A DNA stretch of 64,000 bases from Heterodontus francisci (Eukaryota). Under the pieces are notes generated by a model that saw only the letters and a program-made list of their open reading frames with translations, made no database searches and had not been told where the DNA came from. The translations under genes were made by a program, and so were the position numbers. Location of the stretch: contig NC_090378.1 in assembly GCF_036365525.1 (NCBI RefSeq), forward strand, positions 124,791,593 to 124,855,592, read 5' to 3'. This document shows positions 17,478 through 28,189 of this stretch, piece by piece. The stretch's first letter is position 1; every line of letters begins with the position of its first letter.

Positions 17478-19810
17478 GGGAGAACAGCATGTCAATGGTC
17501 GATCTCTCTGCATAAAAGCCACACTGTGCCTCAGGGTAGACGCGCTCGGCCAGCTTCTGGAGCCTGTTCAGAGCGACTCGAGCAAAGACTTTCCCCACTA
17601 TGCTGAGCAGGGAGATTCCACGGTAGTTGTTGCAGTCGCCGCGGTCACCTTTGTTTTTATAGAGGGTGATGATATTGGCATCGCGCATGTCCTGGGGTAC
17701 TGCTCCCTCATCCCAGCACAGGCATAGCAGTTCATGTAGTGCTGAGAGTATAGCAGGCTTGGCACTCTTGATTATTTCAGGGGTAATGCTGTCCTTCCCA
17801 GGGGCTTTTCCGCTGGCCAGAGAATCAATGGCATCACTGAGTTCCGATTTGGTTGGCTGTATGTCCAGCTCATCCATGACTGGTGGAGGCTGAGCTGCAT
17901 TGAGGGCAGTCTCAGTGACAGCATTCTCCCTGGAGTACAGTTCTAGGTAGTGCTCAACCCAGCGGTCCATCTGTTTGCGTTGGTCAGTGATTATGTCCCC
18001 CGATTTAGATTTGAGGGGGGCGATCTTCTTGATGGTTGGCCCAAGAGCTCTCTTCATGCCATCATACATTCCTCTGATGTTTCTGGTGTCTGAGGTCAGC
18101 TGAATATGACTGCATAGGTGTTGCCAGTCGTCATTTGCGCAACACCTAGCTGTTCTTTGTGCAGTACTTCTGGCTGCTTTATGTGCTGCGGATGTTAAAT
18201 CGCTGGGGGCTTTCTTGTAGTTCAACAGTGCAATGCGCTTAGCGGCTATGACAGGTTCCAGCTCTTCATTATGAGATTGAAACCAGTCTGCATTTCTCTT
18301 CGCACTTTTGCCGTAGGTGGTCAAAGCTGACTCAGATGGCGTCTCTGATGTGGGCCCACTTGGTCTCAGCATCCCCTGTGGGAGTGTTTTGAAGGGCTGT
18401 TACAAGTGAATTTAGAAATTTTTGTAACAGCTGTGGGTGAGAAATTCTGCGCGGGTGGCCCTTCAGCTTGGAATGATGCAACTTCTTTGGTCTGAATCTA
18501 ACCTTGCTGCACACCAGGGAGTGGTCGGTGTCGCAGTCTGCACTGTGGAAGCTGCGTGTGATTTGAACACTGTTTAAGGCGGCTCGCCTTGTGACAATGA
18601 GGTCTAGCTGGTGCCAACGACGCGATCTTGGGTGCCTCCATGAAACCTGGTGACAGGGTTTAGTGTGAAAGAACGAGTTGGTGATGCAGAGGTTATGATA
18701 GGTACACAACTCAAGCAGTCTCTGCCCGTTCTCATTCATCCTTCCAACGCCATAGCGCCCAAGGCAGGAGGACCATGAGTCATGGTCGGCACCAACCCTG
18801 GCATTGAAGTCCCCCAGCAGGAATAGGTGTTCGGTGTTGGGGATGCTGCTAATGATGTTATGGAGTTGTTCATAGAACTGGTCTTTAGCTTCAGGTGGGG
18901 AGCAGAGTGTTGGAGCATAGATGCTGAGTATGTGTACTGGACCAGAGGTGGTGAGCAGTCGGATGGACAGTATGCGTTCCGAGCCATTTGAGGGAGGCTC
19001 TATCATGCTGAGCCAGGAGTTTCTGATGGCGAAGCCCACTCCATGCTGTCTTGGTTCTTCAGGATCCCTGCCCTGCCAGAAGAAGGTGTAGTCTTGCTCT
19101 GTTAGAGATCCGCTCGCAGGGAGGCGTGTCTCCTGAAGTGCTGCAATGTCCACATTGAATCTACTGAGCTCGTTGTTAATGATGGCGGTCTTCCGAGAAT
19201 CGTTGATTTGTGTAAGGTCTTCCGACAGGCCAGGACACACAGTTCTGACGTTCCAGCTTGCAAAACGAAGGGCTGGTACCTTCTTTCCTTTTTTCATGTT
19301 GTTTGGTGCGGTGTATCAGTCCACCTTTCGGGCAATGACCCTGAGCTCCAAGCACCCATTGAAGCAGGCAGACTGTGGCGGGACAGAACCTTATTGAACT
19401 GGGGCTGCCCGGTTTGAGGCGGGCAGTAGCTGTCCAGTGAGGTGCGATGACCTCTCCCACCGACAAAGGCAACCCGTGGCGCCCAGTTTCTATGCCAATT
19501 TATCTGGACTTATAACCCGTAACTGCTGCCTTCCGTGTTGTGTCAGTCGCTGTGAGGCAACTATGGAGTGACCTCTCCATGGCGCATGCCTGGGCAAGTT
19601 TATGGAGGTTGAGAGTTGCCCAGTCGTCAAAACCCCCCTCTCGGCCTTTCTGGTGGGGTCCAAAGGAGTGCAGGACACGACGTTTGGCACCAGTATGGCT
19701 GCAGGAACTGCCGGAAACATGCCAAAGGTGACACATGACCGCCTACGGGGTTCCGCTCCGGATTATCTGTTAGGGTTTACTCCCTTAGCCTTGGTCTCTC
19801 CTGAGACAGG
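17478..19810 (-). mobile_element. RTE-clade LINE, 5' UTR + APE endonuclease + N-terminal RT, 3'-truncated and frameshifted
   Basis: ORF 18332-19297 has APE motifs (FASWNVRT, DIAALQETRL, LLGDFNARVG, DTDHSLV). ORF 17296-18372 has RT N-terminal motifs (GKAPGKD, NYRGISLLSIVGKVFARV, PEAQCGF, STIDMLFSL) then runs into satellite. The frame shifts near 18335 (gcc atc tga gtc, consistent with a 2-bp deletion). About 500 bp of upstream UTR-like sequence extends to ~19810. Confidence 0.9.
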
Positions 19811-19829
19811 TGTAGGGCCCCTACACAGG

Positions 19830-20060
19830 TGTAGGATGGTGCCGGTGGGAGGAGGGGATGCAAGGGGGAGGGGTAGAGGGAGGGGGTGGGGGGGGGTTGC
19901 AGGGGAAGGGTGTGCGGGGTGAAGATGGTGCGAGGGGGGGGGGCGGGCTGGGACGGGGTTGTGAGGGGGTGAGCTGAGAGGGTGGAGCAGGGAAGGGGAC
20001 GGGGGGGGTGGAAGGGGGGTAAAGGGCGGGGGGGGGGGAAGCTGGTGCAGGTGGGAAGAA
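19830..20060 (+). repeat. G-rich low-complexity tract (G-quadruplex-prone)
   Basis: Many runs of 3-12 G separated by short loops, e.g. GGGGGAGGGGTAGAGGGAGGGGGTGGGGGGGGG. Confidence 0.8.
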
Positions 20061-20249
20061 AGTAAACTGATCAAATTAAACCATGACGTTATGTTCACTA
20101 TCCACTACACCCCCCTGCCCCTGTGGTGCCCACTGCTCATTGAAGGCTTCAGTTGTTCCTCGAACACTCCATGTGCACATATGAAGAGATGCTGAAAATG
20201 TTTTCATCGAATTGGGATTCCAACTCTCCCGAGCACTGCTGCATGCAGC

Positions 20250-20470
20250 TCAGACACAGCGAGACACAGAAACAGTGAGAGGCAGAATGTGAGAGAGATA
20301 CAGATGGAGGGAGAGACAGAATGAGTGAGAGAAGGTGGGAGAGGGACAGGGAGGCATAGAGGCACAGAGACACACACACAGACATTGAGAGAGAGACAGA
20401 CGGAAAGAGACACTCACATCCACACACACACAACGGGAGACACGCAGGCAATGAGAGACAAACACAGACT
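20250..20470. repeat. Degenerate (GA)n/(CA)n microsatellite, left part
   Basis: GAGA/CACA-rich simple sequence; the same type resumes at 22605 after the CR1 insertion. Confidence 0.8.
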
Positions 20471-22604
20471 TTGAAAAAAAATGATAGAATTATAGAATGG
20501 TTACAGCACAGAAGAAGGCCATTCAGGCCATCATTTCTGTGCTGGATCTCTGAAAGAGCAATTCACCTCGTGACACTCCGGCACCTTCTCCCCGTCATCC
20601 TGCACATTCTTCCTTTTAGGAGAATAATCCAATTCCCTTTTGAATGCATCAATTGAACCTGCCTCCACCACACTCTCAGGCAGTGCATTCCAGATCCTAA
20701 CTACTCCCTGTGTGAAAAAGTTTCTCCTCATGTCACCATTGCATCTTTTGCCAATTACCTTAAATCTCTGCCCTCTGGTTCTCGATCCTTCCACCAATGG
20801 TAATAGTTTCTCCCTATCTACTCTGTCCAGAGCCCTAATGATTTTGAATACCCCCATCAAATCTCCTCTCAACCTTCTCATCTCCAAGGAAACAGTCCCA
20901 GCTTCTCCAATTTATCCACATAACTATCCCTGGAATGATTCTTGTGAATCCTTTCTGCACCCTCTCTAATGCCTTCACTTCCTTCCTAAATTGTGGCACC
21001 CAGAACTGGACACAGTCCTCCAGTTGAGGCTGAACTAGTGTTTTATACAAGTTTAACATAACCTCCTTGCTCTTGTACTCTGTGCCCCTATTAATAAAGC
21101 CCAGGATACTGTATGCTTTATTAACCTCTCTCTCAACCTGTCCTGCCACCTTCAATGACTTATGCACATCTGCACTTAGGTCCCTCTGCTCCTGTACCCC
21201 CTTTAGAATTATACCCTTTATTTTATATTGTCTCTCCGCATTCTCTCTACCACATCACACTTCTCTGCATTTAAATTTGATCTGCCACTTGTCAGCCCAT
21301 TCCACCAACCTGTCTGTATCCTTTTGAAGTTCTGCACTGTCTTCCTCACAGTTCACATACTTCCAAGTTTTGTATCATCTGCAAATTTTGAAATTGTGCC
21401 CTGCACACCAAGGTCTAGGTCATTAATATATATTAGGAAAAGCAAGGATCCCAACACTGATCCCTGAGGAACTCCACTACAAACCTTCCTCCAGCCAGAA
21501 AAATATCCATTAACTACTCTCTTTTTCCTGTCACTCAGCCAATTTTGTATCCATGTTGCTATCATCCCTTTTATTCCATGAGCTATAACTTTGCTCACCA
21601 GTCTGTTGTGTGGCACTGTATCAAACACCTTTTGAAAGTCCATGTACACAACATCAACAACATTGTACTCATCAACTCTCTCTGTTACCTCATCAAAAAA
21701 CTCCAGCAAGTTAGTTAAACATGATTTGCCCTGAACAAATCAATGCTGGCTTTCCTTAACTAACTTGCACTTGTCCATGTGACTATTAATCTTGTCCCGA
21801 ATTATTCTTTCTAGAAGTTTCCCCACCACTGATGTTAAACTGACTGGCTTGACATTGCTGGGCTTATCTTTGCACCCTTTTTTGAACAAGGGTGTCACAT
21901 TTACAATTCTCCAATCCTCTGCCACCATCCCTGAGTTTAACGAAGACTGTAAAATTATGGCCAGTGGCTCTGCAATTTCCACTCTCACTCCCTCAGTATC
22001 CTTGGGTGCATCTCATCCGGTCCTGGTGTTTAATCCACTTTAAGTACAGACAGCCTATCCAATAACTCCTCTTTATCAATTTTAAACCCATCTGGTGTCT
22101 GAATTACCTTCTCTTTCACTATGACCTGTGCAGCATCTTCTCGCTTGATAAAGACAGATGGAAAGTATTCATTTCATACCTCAGCCTTGCTCCTACCTCC
22201 ATGTGTAAATCCCCTTTTTGGTCCCTAATCGCCCCAATACACCTTTTACCACCCTTTTACTATATACATGCTGATACAAGATTTCTGGATCCGCTATTGT
22301 ATTGGCTGCCAGTCTCTTTTCATTCTCTCTCTTTTCTTTTTGCTTTTTAAATTTCCCTCTGAGCCTTCTACATTCAGCCTGGCTCTCGGTTGTATAATCC
22401 TCCTGACATTTATCAGAAACACACTTTTTCTTCTTCATCTTAACCCTCTCTTTTGTCATCCAGGGAGCTCTGGATTTGTTTGCCCTGTGTTTCCCCTTCA
22501 TGGAAATACACCTTGGTTTTGCCCGAACTATCTCTGCTTTAAAAGCAGCCCATTGTTCAGTTACAGTTTTCCAATTTATCTGGGTCAGATCCATTCTTAC
22601 CCAA
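20471..22604 (-). mobile_element. CR1 LINE fragment (3' part of ORF2 + 3' tail), decayed
   Basis: Fragmented ORFs 21740-21988 (PEDWR-like ANVTPLFKKG), 21353-21709 ([26 protein letters not shown]), 20835-21167 (LYKTLVQPQLE, ALERVQ), 20531-20887 (RRLRGDL, FFTQGVVRIWNALP), plus a CR1-type 3' tail near 20480. Confidence 0.92.
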
Positions 22605-22859
22605 AGAGAGAGAGAGACACAGGGGCACACACCGGGAAGTAAACACAGAGAGAGACACACACAAATACAGATGGAGAGACAGACACACACAGAGGCACAC
22701 ACCGAGAAGGAAACACAGAGAGAGAGACACACACAAATACAGATGGAGAGACAGACACACACAGAGGCACAACCGGGAAGGAAAGATAGAGAGAGACACA
22801 CACAGTGACAGTGAGAGACAGTGAGAGGGTGAGAGTGAGTGAGTGAAACAGAGAGCAGA
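22605..22859. repeat. Degenerate (GA)n/(CA)n microsatellite with a ~72-bp internal duplication, immediately 5' of the J RSS
   Basis: AAACACAGAGAGAGACACACACAAATACAGATGGAGAGACAGACACACACAGAGGCACA occurs twice, at ~22641 and ~22711. Confidence 0.8.
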
Positions 22860-22898
22860 GGATATTGTACAGCCCCTGCACTGGAAGCTGTCAGTGTG
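22860..22898 (+). promoter_or_regulatory. Recombination signal sequence (23-bp spacer) 5' of IgL J
   Basis: Nonamer GGATATTGT (22860-22868; consensus GGTTTTTGT, 7/9), exactly 23-nt spacer (22869-22891), heptamer CAGTGTG (22892-22898; consensus CACTGTG, 6/7) abutting the J coding end. Confidence 0.88.
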
Positions 22899-22933
22899 GT
22901 TAACGTTCGGTAAAGGAACCAAGCTCAGACTGA
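22899..22933 (+). CDS. IGLJ: Immunoglobulin light-chain J segment (LTFGKGTKLRL), unrearranged
   Basis: G TTA ACG TTC GGT AAA GGA ACC AAG CTC AGA CTG A|GTAAGT: canonical FGxGTKL motif, preceded by a 23-RSS and followed by a consensus phase-1 splice donor at 22934. Confidence 0.95.
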
Positions 22934-23464
22934 GTAAGTAAACCTCAATCCTCCGTTATTAATCCTTTAAATACTGAAACATTCTAAAACACAAATGCTG
23001 AATAGTGGAAGGTGTTCGTCAGGAGCTGCAGTCAATGAAATGGTTCATTGAAGAGCACTGTGTATGACAGGGTGCCCAGCTGTATTTCTTTAGTTACATT
23101 CCCCCTTTAACCAGCAAGATATAAGTAACCAACTTTTACCGAGTGTGTAGAGGAGATCTGGACGTTTGCAGACTGTGGTCACATTCCTGCTCCATGGAGT
23201 GAAATCCCTCACTAGACTCCTGCCAGTCTCAGTGTGAGCTCTGGGTCTCTGTCACAGTCTCTGATATAACTGATCTCAGCACCAGCACAGTGAGACACCG
23301 AGGTCCCACCTTCCCCAGCTTTAACTCTGCTCTGTCCACTCCCTGCTTATCTCTTGTCAAAGTTCTGATGACAAACAGTGACAGCAGGGCTCCCAATCCA
23401 GTGGCTTCAGTGTCCCAGGGTTTTGGGGAGACTCTCAGTTGCTTTGTCTTTGGGTGAAGTTCAG

Positions 23465-23670
23465 GCCAATATTTATCTCTGAACCGACATTGCTAAAAAT
23501 GCTCATTTACCTCATTGCTGTTTGTGGGATCTTGCTGTGCACAAATTGTCTGCCACATTTCCTACATTCCAACAGTGACTGCTCTTTAAACAAGTCCTTC
23601 ATTGTCTGTAAATGACTTTGGGAGGTCCTGAGGTGTGAAATACTCGATATAAATACAAGTCTTTCTTTTA
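23465..23670 (+). mobile_element. SINE fragment (3' half; same family as 24080-24432, DeuSINE/SacSINE1-like)
   Basis: Shares GGCCAATATTTATC...TGTGGGATCTTGCTGTGC...CTTTGGGA.GTCCTGAGGTGT...ATAAATACAAGTC with the copy at 24080-24432/27241-27267. Family name is from recall. Confidence 0.6.
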
Positions 23671-24079
23671 TTTTTATTAACCGGGAGCTCCCACAATACC
23701 CTGTTGATTAAAGCTGAACCCAGCAGAAAATCCACAGAAAACTGACTAATGTTTGTCTGATTTGTCTGTGTGTTTATTAGACATGACTGAGCAGATAGCA
23801 AGAGTTTCAGCAGCAACAAAGGTGTTACTCTAGTGCCCCTCCCACTTTCCCCATCGACTTACAAAATACTTACGGGGAAAGGGCTCAGCACCTGCCATCG
23901 ACTGGTTAAATGTCACCCCTCTAGACTACAGGTCTCCCGCAATCTGCTCTCCATCTCTCTCCTGAAGGCACTATCTCTGGCTGGGGCACAGCTCCACCCT
24001 CCCCAAGTGGCCTCATTCCTCCAAGTGTGAGCCGGGAGGTTGAGAATGGCAGGCTATTCGACTGTGAGGTTTTAGTGTT

Positions 24080-24432
24080 GCCTCAGTGGGTAGCACTCTC
24101 ACCTCTGAGTCAGAATGTCGTGGCTTCAGGTCCCACTCCAGAGACTGGAGCACATAATCCAGGCTGACACTGCAGTGCAGTATTGAGGGAGTGCTGCACT
24201 GTCAGAGGTGCTGTCTTTCAGATGAGACAAACTGACGTCTGCCCTCTCAGGTGGATGTAAAGGATCCCACTGCGCTATTAGAAGAGCAGGGGAATTCTCC
24301 TCGGTGTTCTGGACAATGTTTATCACTCAACCAACATCATTGAAAATCAGATTATCTGCTCATTATCACTCTGCACGGTGGGATCTTGCTGTGCATAATT
24401 GGCCATAAAACACTTTGGGACATCCTGAGGTG
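24080..24432 (+). mobile_element. tRNA-derived SINE (DeuSINE/SacSINE1-like); tail displaced to 27241-27267 by a LINE insertion
   Basis: tRNA-like head GCCTCAGTGGGTAGCACTCTC...TTCAGGTCCCACTCCAG and body CAGTGCAGTATTGAGGGAGTGCTGCACTG. It ends at CATCCTGAGGTG, and the expected continuation (..AGGCACTATAGAAATGCAAGTC) is at 27241. Confidence 0.65.
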
Positions 24433-27240
24433 TTTTTTTTTTCTCGTTATTTTTTATTCATTCATGGGATGTGGCCGTCGCTGGCCAGGCCAGCATTTAT
24501 TGACCATCCCTAATTGCCCTTGGGAAGGTGGTGGTGAGCTGCCTTCTTGAACCGCTGCAGTCCATTTGGGGTTTGGTAAACCCACAGTGCTGTTAGGAAG
24601 GGAGTTCCAGGATTTTGACCCAGCGACAGTGAAGGAACGGCGATATAGTTCCAGGTCAGGATGGTGTGTGACTTGGAGGGGAACTTGCAGGTGGTCGTGT
24701 TCCCATGTATGTGCTGCCCTTGTCCTTCTAGTTGGTAGAGGTCGCAGGTTTCGAAGGTGCTGTCTAAGGAGCCTTGGTGCGTTGCTGCAGTGCATCTTGT
24801 AGATGGTACACACTGCTGCCAATGGACGTCAGTGGTGGAGGGAGTGAATGTTTGTGGATGGGGTGCCAATCAAGCAGGCTGCTTTGTCCGAGATGGTGTT
24901 GAGCTTCTTGAGTGTTGTTGGAGCTGTACCCATCCAGGCAAATGGAGAGTATTCCATCACACTCCTGACTTGTGCCTTGTAGATGGTGGGCAGGCTTTGG
25001 GGAGTCAGGAGGTGAGTTACTCGCCTCAGCATTCCTAGCCTCTGACCTGCTCTTGTAGCCATGGTATTTATATGGCTACTCCAGTTCAGTTTCTGGTCAA
25101 TGGTAACCACTAGGATGTTGATAGTGGGGGATACAGCAATGGTAATGCTGTTGAATGTCAAGGGGAGATGGTTAGATTCTCTCTTGTTGGAGATGGTCAT
25201 TGCCTGGCACTTATGTGGCATGTCTTACTAATTTGATTGAGTTTTTTGAGGAAGTGATGAAGATGATTGATGAGGGAAGGGCAGTGGATGTTGTCTATAT
25301 GGACTTCAGTAAAGCCTTTGACAAGGTCCCACATGGCAGACTGGTGCAAAAGGTGAAGTCACACGGGATCAGAGGTGAGCTGGCAAGATGGACACAGAAC
25401 TGGCTCGATCATAGAAGACAGAGGGTAACAGTGGATGGGTGTTTTTCTGAATGGAGGGATGTGACTAGTGGTGTTCCGCAGGGATCAGTGCTGGGACCTT
25501 TGCTGTTTGTAGTATATATAAATGATTTGGAGGAAAATGTAGCTGGTCTGATTAGTAAGTTTGCGGACGACACAAAGGTTGGTGGAGTTGCGGATAATGA
25601 TGAGGACTGTCAGAGGATACAGCAAGATTTAGATCGGTTGGAGACTTGGGTGGAGAAATGGCAGATGGAGTTTAATCCGGACAAATGTGAGGTAATGCAT
25701 TTTAGAACGTCTAATGCAGGTGGGAGGTATACAGTAAATGGCAGAACCCTTAGGAGTATTGACAGTCAGAGAGATCTGGGCGTACAGGTCCACAGGTCAC
25801 TGAAAGTGGCAACGCCCATCGATAAGGTAGTCAAGAAGGCATACGGCATGCTTGCCTTCATCGGTCAGGGCATAGAGTATAAAAATTGGCAAGTCATGCT
25901 GCAGCTGATCAGAACCTTAGTTAGGCCACACTTAGAATATTGCGTACAATTCTGGTCGCCACACTACCAGAAGGACGTGGAGGCTTTGGAGAGGGTACAG
26001 AGGAAGCTTACCAGGATGTTGCCTGGTCTGGAGGGCATTAGCTATGAGGAGAGGTTGGAAAAACTCAGATTGTTTTCACTGGAACGATGGAGGTGGAGGG
26101 GCGACATGATAGAGGTTTACAAAGCTAAGAGTGGCATGGACAGAGTGGATAGTCAGAAGCTTTTTCCCAGGGTGAAAGAGTCAGTTACTAGGGGACATAG
26201 ATTTAAGATGCGAGGGGCAAAGTTTAGAGGGGATGTGCGAGGCAGGTTTTTTACACAGAGGGTGGTGAATGCCTGGAACTTGCTGCCAGGAGAGGTAGTG
26301 GAAGCAGATACGATAGCGACGTTTAAGAGACATCTTGACAAATACATGAATAGGGAGGGAATAGAGGGATATGGGCCTCAGAAGTGCAGAAGGTGTTAGT
26401 TTAGGCAGGCATCAAGATCGCGCTTGGCTTGGAGGGCTGAATGGCCTGTTCCTGTGCTGTACTGTTCTTTGTTCTTTGTTGTTTGTTCGAATGTTACTTG
26501 CCACTTATTAGCCCAAGCCTGGATATTGTCCAGGTCTCGCTGCATTTCTACACGGACTGCTTCAGTATCTCAGGAGTCACGAATGGTGCTGAACATTGTG
26601 CAATTATCCGCGAACATCCCCACTTCTGGCCTTATGATTGAAGGAAGGTCATTGATGAAGCAGCTGAAGATGGTTGGGCCTAGGACACTACCCTGAGGAA
26701 CTCCAGCAGTGATGTCCTGGAGCTCAGATGATTGACCTCCAACAACCACAACCATCTTCCTTTGTGCTCGGTATGACTCCAGCCAGTGGAGGGTTTTCCC
26801 TCTGATTCCCATTGACTCCAGTTTTGCTAGGGCTCCTTGATGCCATATTCGGTCAAATGCTGCCTTGCTGTCAAAGGCAGTCACTCTCACCTCACCTCTT
26901 GAGTTCAGCCCTTTTGTCCATGTTTGAACCAAGGCTGTAATGAGGTCAGGAGCTGAGTGGCCCTGGCGGAACCCAAACTGAGCGTCACTGAGCAGGTTAT
27001 TGCTAAGCAAGTGCCGCTTGATGGCACTGTTTATGACACCTTCCATCACTTTACTGATGATAGAGAGTAGACTGATGGGGTGGTAATTGGCCGGGTTGGA
27101 TTAGTCCTGCTTTTTGTGTACAGGACATACCTGGGCAATTTTCCACATTGCAGGGTAGATGCCAGTGTTGTAGCTGTACTGGAACAGCTTGGCAAGTGGC
27201 GTGGCAAGTTCTGGAGCACAGGTCTTCAGTACTATTGCCG
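24433..27240 (-). mobile_element. CR1/L2-group non-LTR retrotransposon (RT and 3' end), 5'-truncated, split by a CR1 at 25221-26487
   Basis: ORFs 26570-27049 ([33 protein letters not shown]) and 24829-25221 (TIDQKLNW, TIYKAQVRSVMEYS), with a T-rich tail at 24433. The two halves join seamlessly (..TGTGGCA | CGAATGTTAC..). Confidence 0.88.
25221..26487 (+). mobile_element. CR1 LINE, 5'-truncated, with an uninterrupted ~390-codon RT C-terminal ORF
   Basis: ORF 25200-26399: [72 protein letters not shown]. 3' tail GGGCTGAATGGCCTGTTCCTGTGCTGTAC + (TGTTCTT)n. Confidence 0.95.
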
Positions 27241-27267
27241 GTAACAGGCACTATAGAAATGCAAGTC

Positions 27268-28189
27268 ATTCTTTGAGGTTGGAGGCTCCTGATCCTGACC
27301 CTCGCCAATTGTCCGCATACTCTCACCTTCCAGGGGTCATTGGATCATTCGGAGCAGTGACCCTGCCTGACCCCAGTCCACTGAGACTAATTATAGCCTC
27401 ACCCTTGACCTCACCCCAGTGCTGGGCAGGAAGGTTTTTAATGAAATCTAGAACGTTCTACACTGCCACCCAACATGAATCCTTTCTGAAGTGTGTTGAT
27501 AAGTGAGACCCCCACTATCAACAGCGTAGGGGCTACCATTGACCAGAAACTGAACCGGAGTAGCCATATAAATACCGTGGCTACAAGAGCAGGTCAGAGG
27601 CTAGGAATCCTGAAGCAATTAACTCACCTCATGACTTCCCAAAGCCTGTCCACCATCTACAAAGCACAAGTCAGGATTGTGATGGAATGCTGTCTACTTG
27701 CCTGGATGGGTGCATCTCCAACAACACTCAAGAAGCTCGACACCATCCAGGACAAAGCAGCCCGCTTGATTGACACCCCATCCACAAACATTCACTCCCT
27801 CTACCACCGACGTACATTGGCAGCAGTGTGTACCATCTACAAGATGCACTGCAGCAACGCACCAAGACACCTTAGACAGCACCTTCCAAACCCGCGACCT
27901 CTACCAACTAGAAGGATAAGGGCAGCAAATACATGGGAACACCACCATCTGCAAGTTCCCCTCCAAGTCACACACCATCCTGACTTGGAACTATATCGCC
28001 GTTCTTTCACTGTCGCTGGGCCAAAATCCTGGAACTCCCTTCCTAACAGCACTGTGGGTATACCTACCTCAAATGGACTGCAGCGGTTCAAGAAGGCAGC
28101 TCACCACCACCTTCTCAAAGGGCAATTAGGGATGGGCAATAAATGCTGGCCTAGCCAGTGACAATTTATCCCATGAATAAATTTTAAAA
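27268..28189 (+). mobile_element. Second copy of the CR1/L2-group LINE 3' end (27500-28189) with ~230 bp of unrelated 5' sequence, flanked by an 11-bp direct repeat
   Basis: ORF 27493-28161 matches the minus-strand ORFs at 24454-25221. AAATGCAAGTC occurs at 27257-27267 and 28190-28200. Confidence 0.85.

Noticed and set aside
181-17522. Dozens of Cys/Tyr/Ile-rich ORFs on the minus strand
   Set aside because: They are translations of the 61-bp satellite cycling through three frames, with no domain or gene structure.
17296-18372. RT-satellite fusion protein ORF (358 aa)
   Set aside because: Chance read-through from a frameshifted, truncated RT lacking the catalytic YADD region into satellite.
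22801-22807. Perfect CACAGTG 60 bp upstream of the J RSS as a possible V/D RSS
   Set aside because: It lies in CA/GA microsatellite, with no nonamer at 12 or 23 nt and no coding segment before it.
23286-23292. Isolated CACAGTG in the J-C intron, like the Ig-kappa intronic heptamer used by the kappa-deleting element
   Set aside because: No nonamer, no partner RSS found downstream of C, and a lone 7-mer is expected by chance.
24289-24300. NF-kB-like GGGGAATTCTCC in the J-C intron
   Set aside because: It is part of the SINE body, so not evidence of a dedicated kappa-type intronic enhancer.
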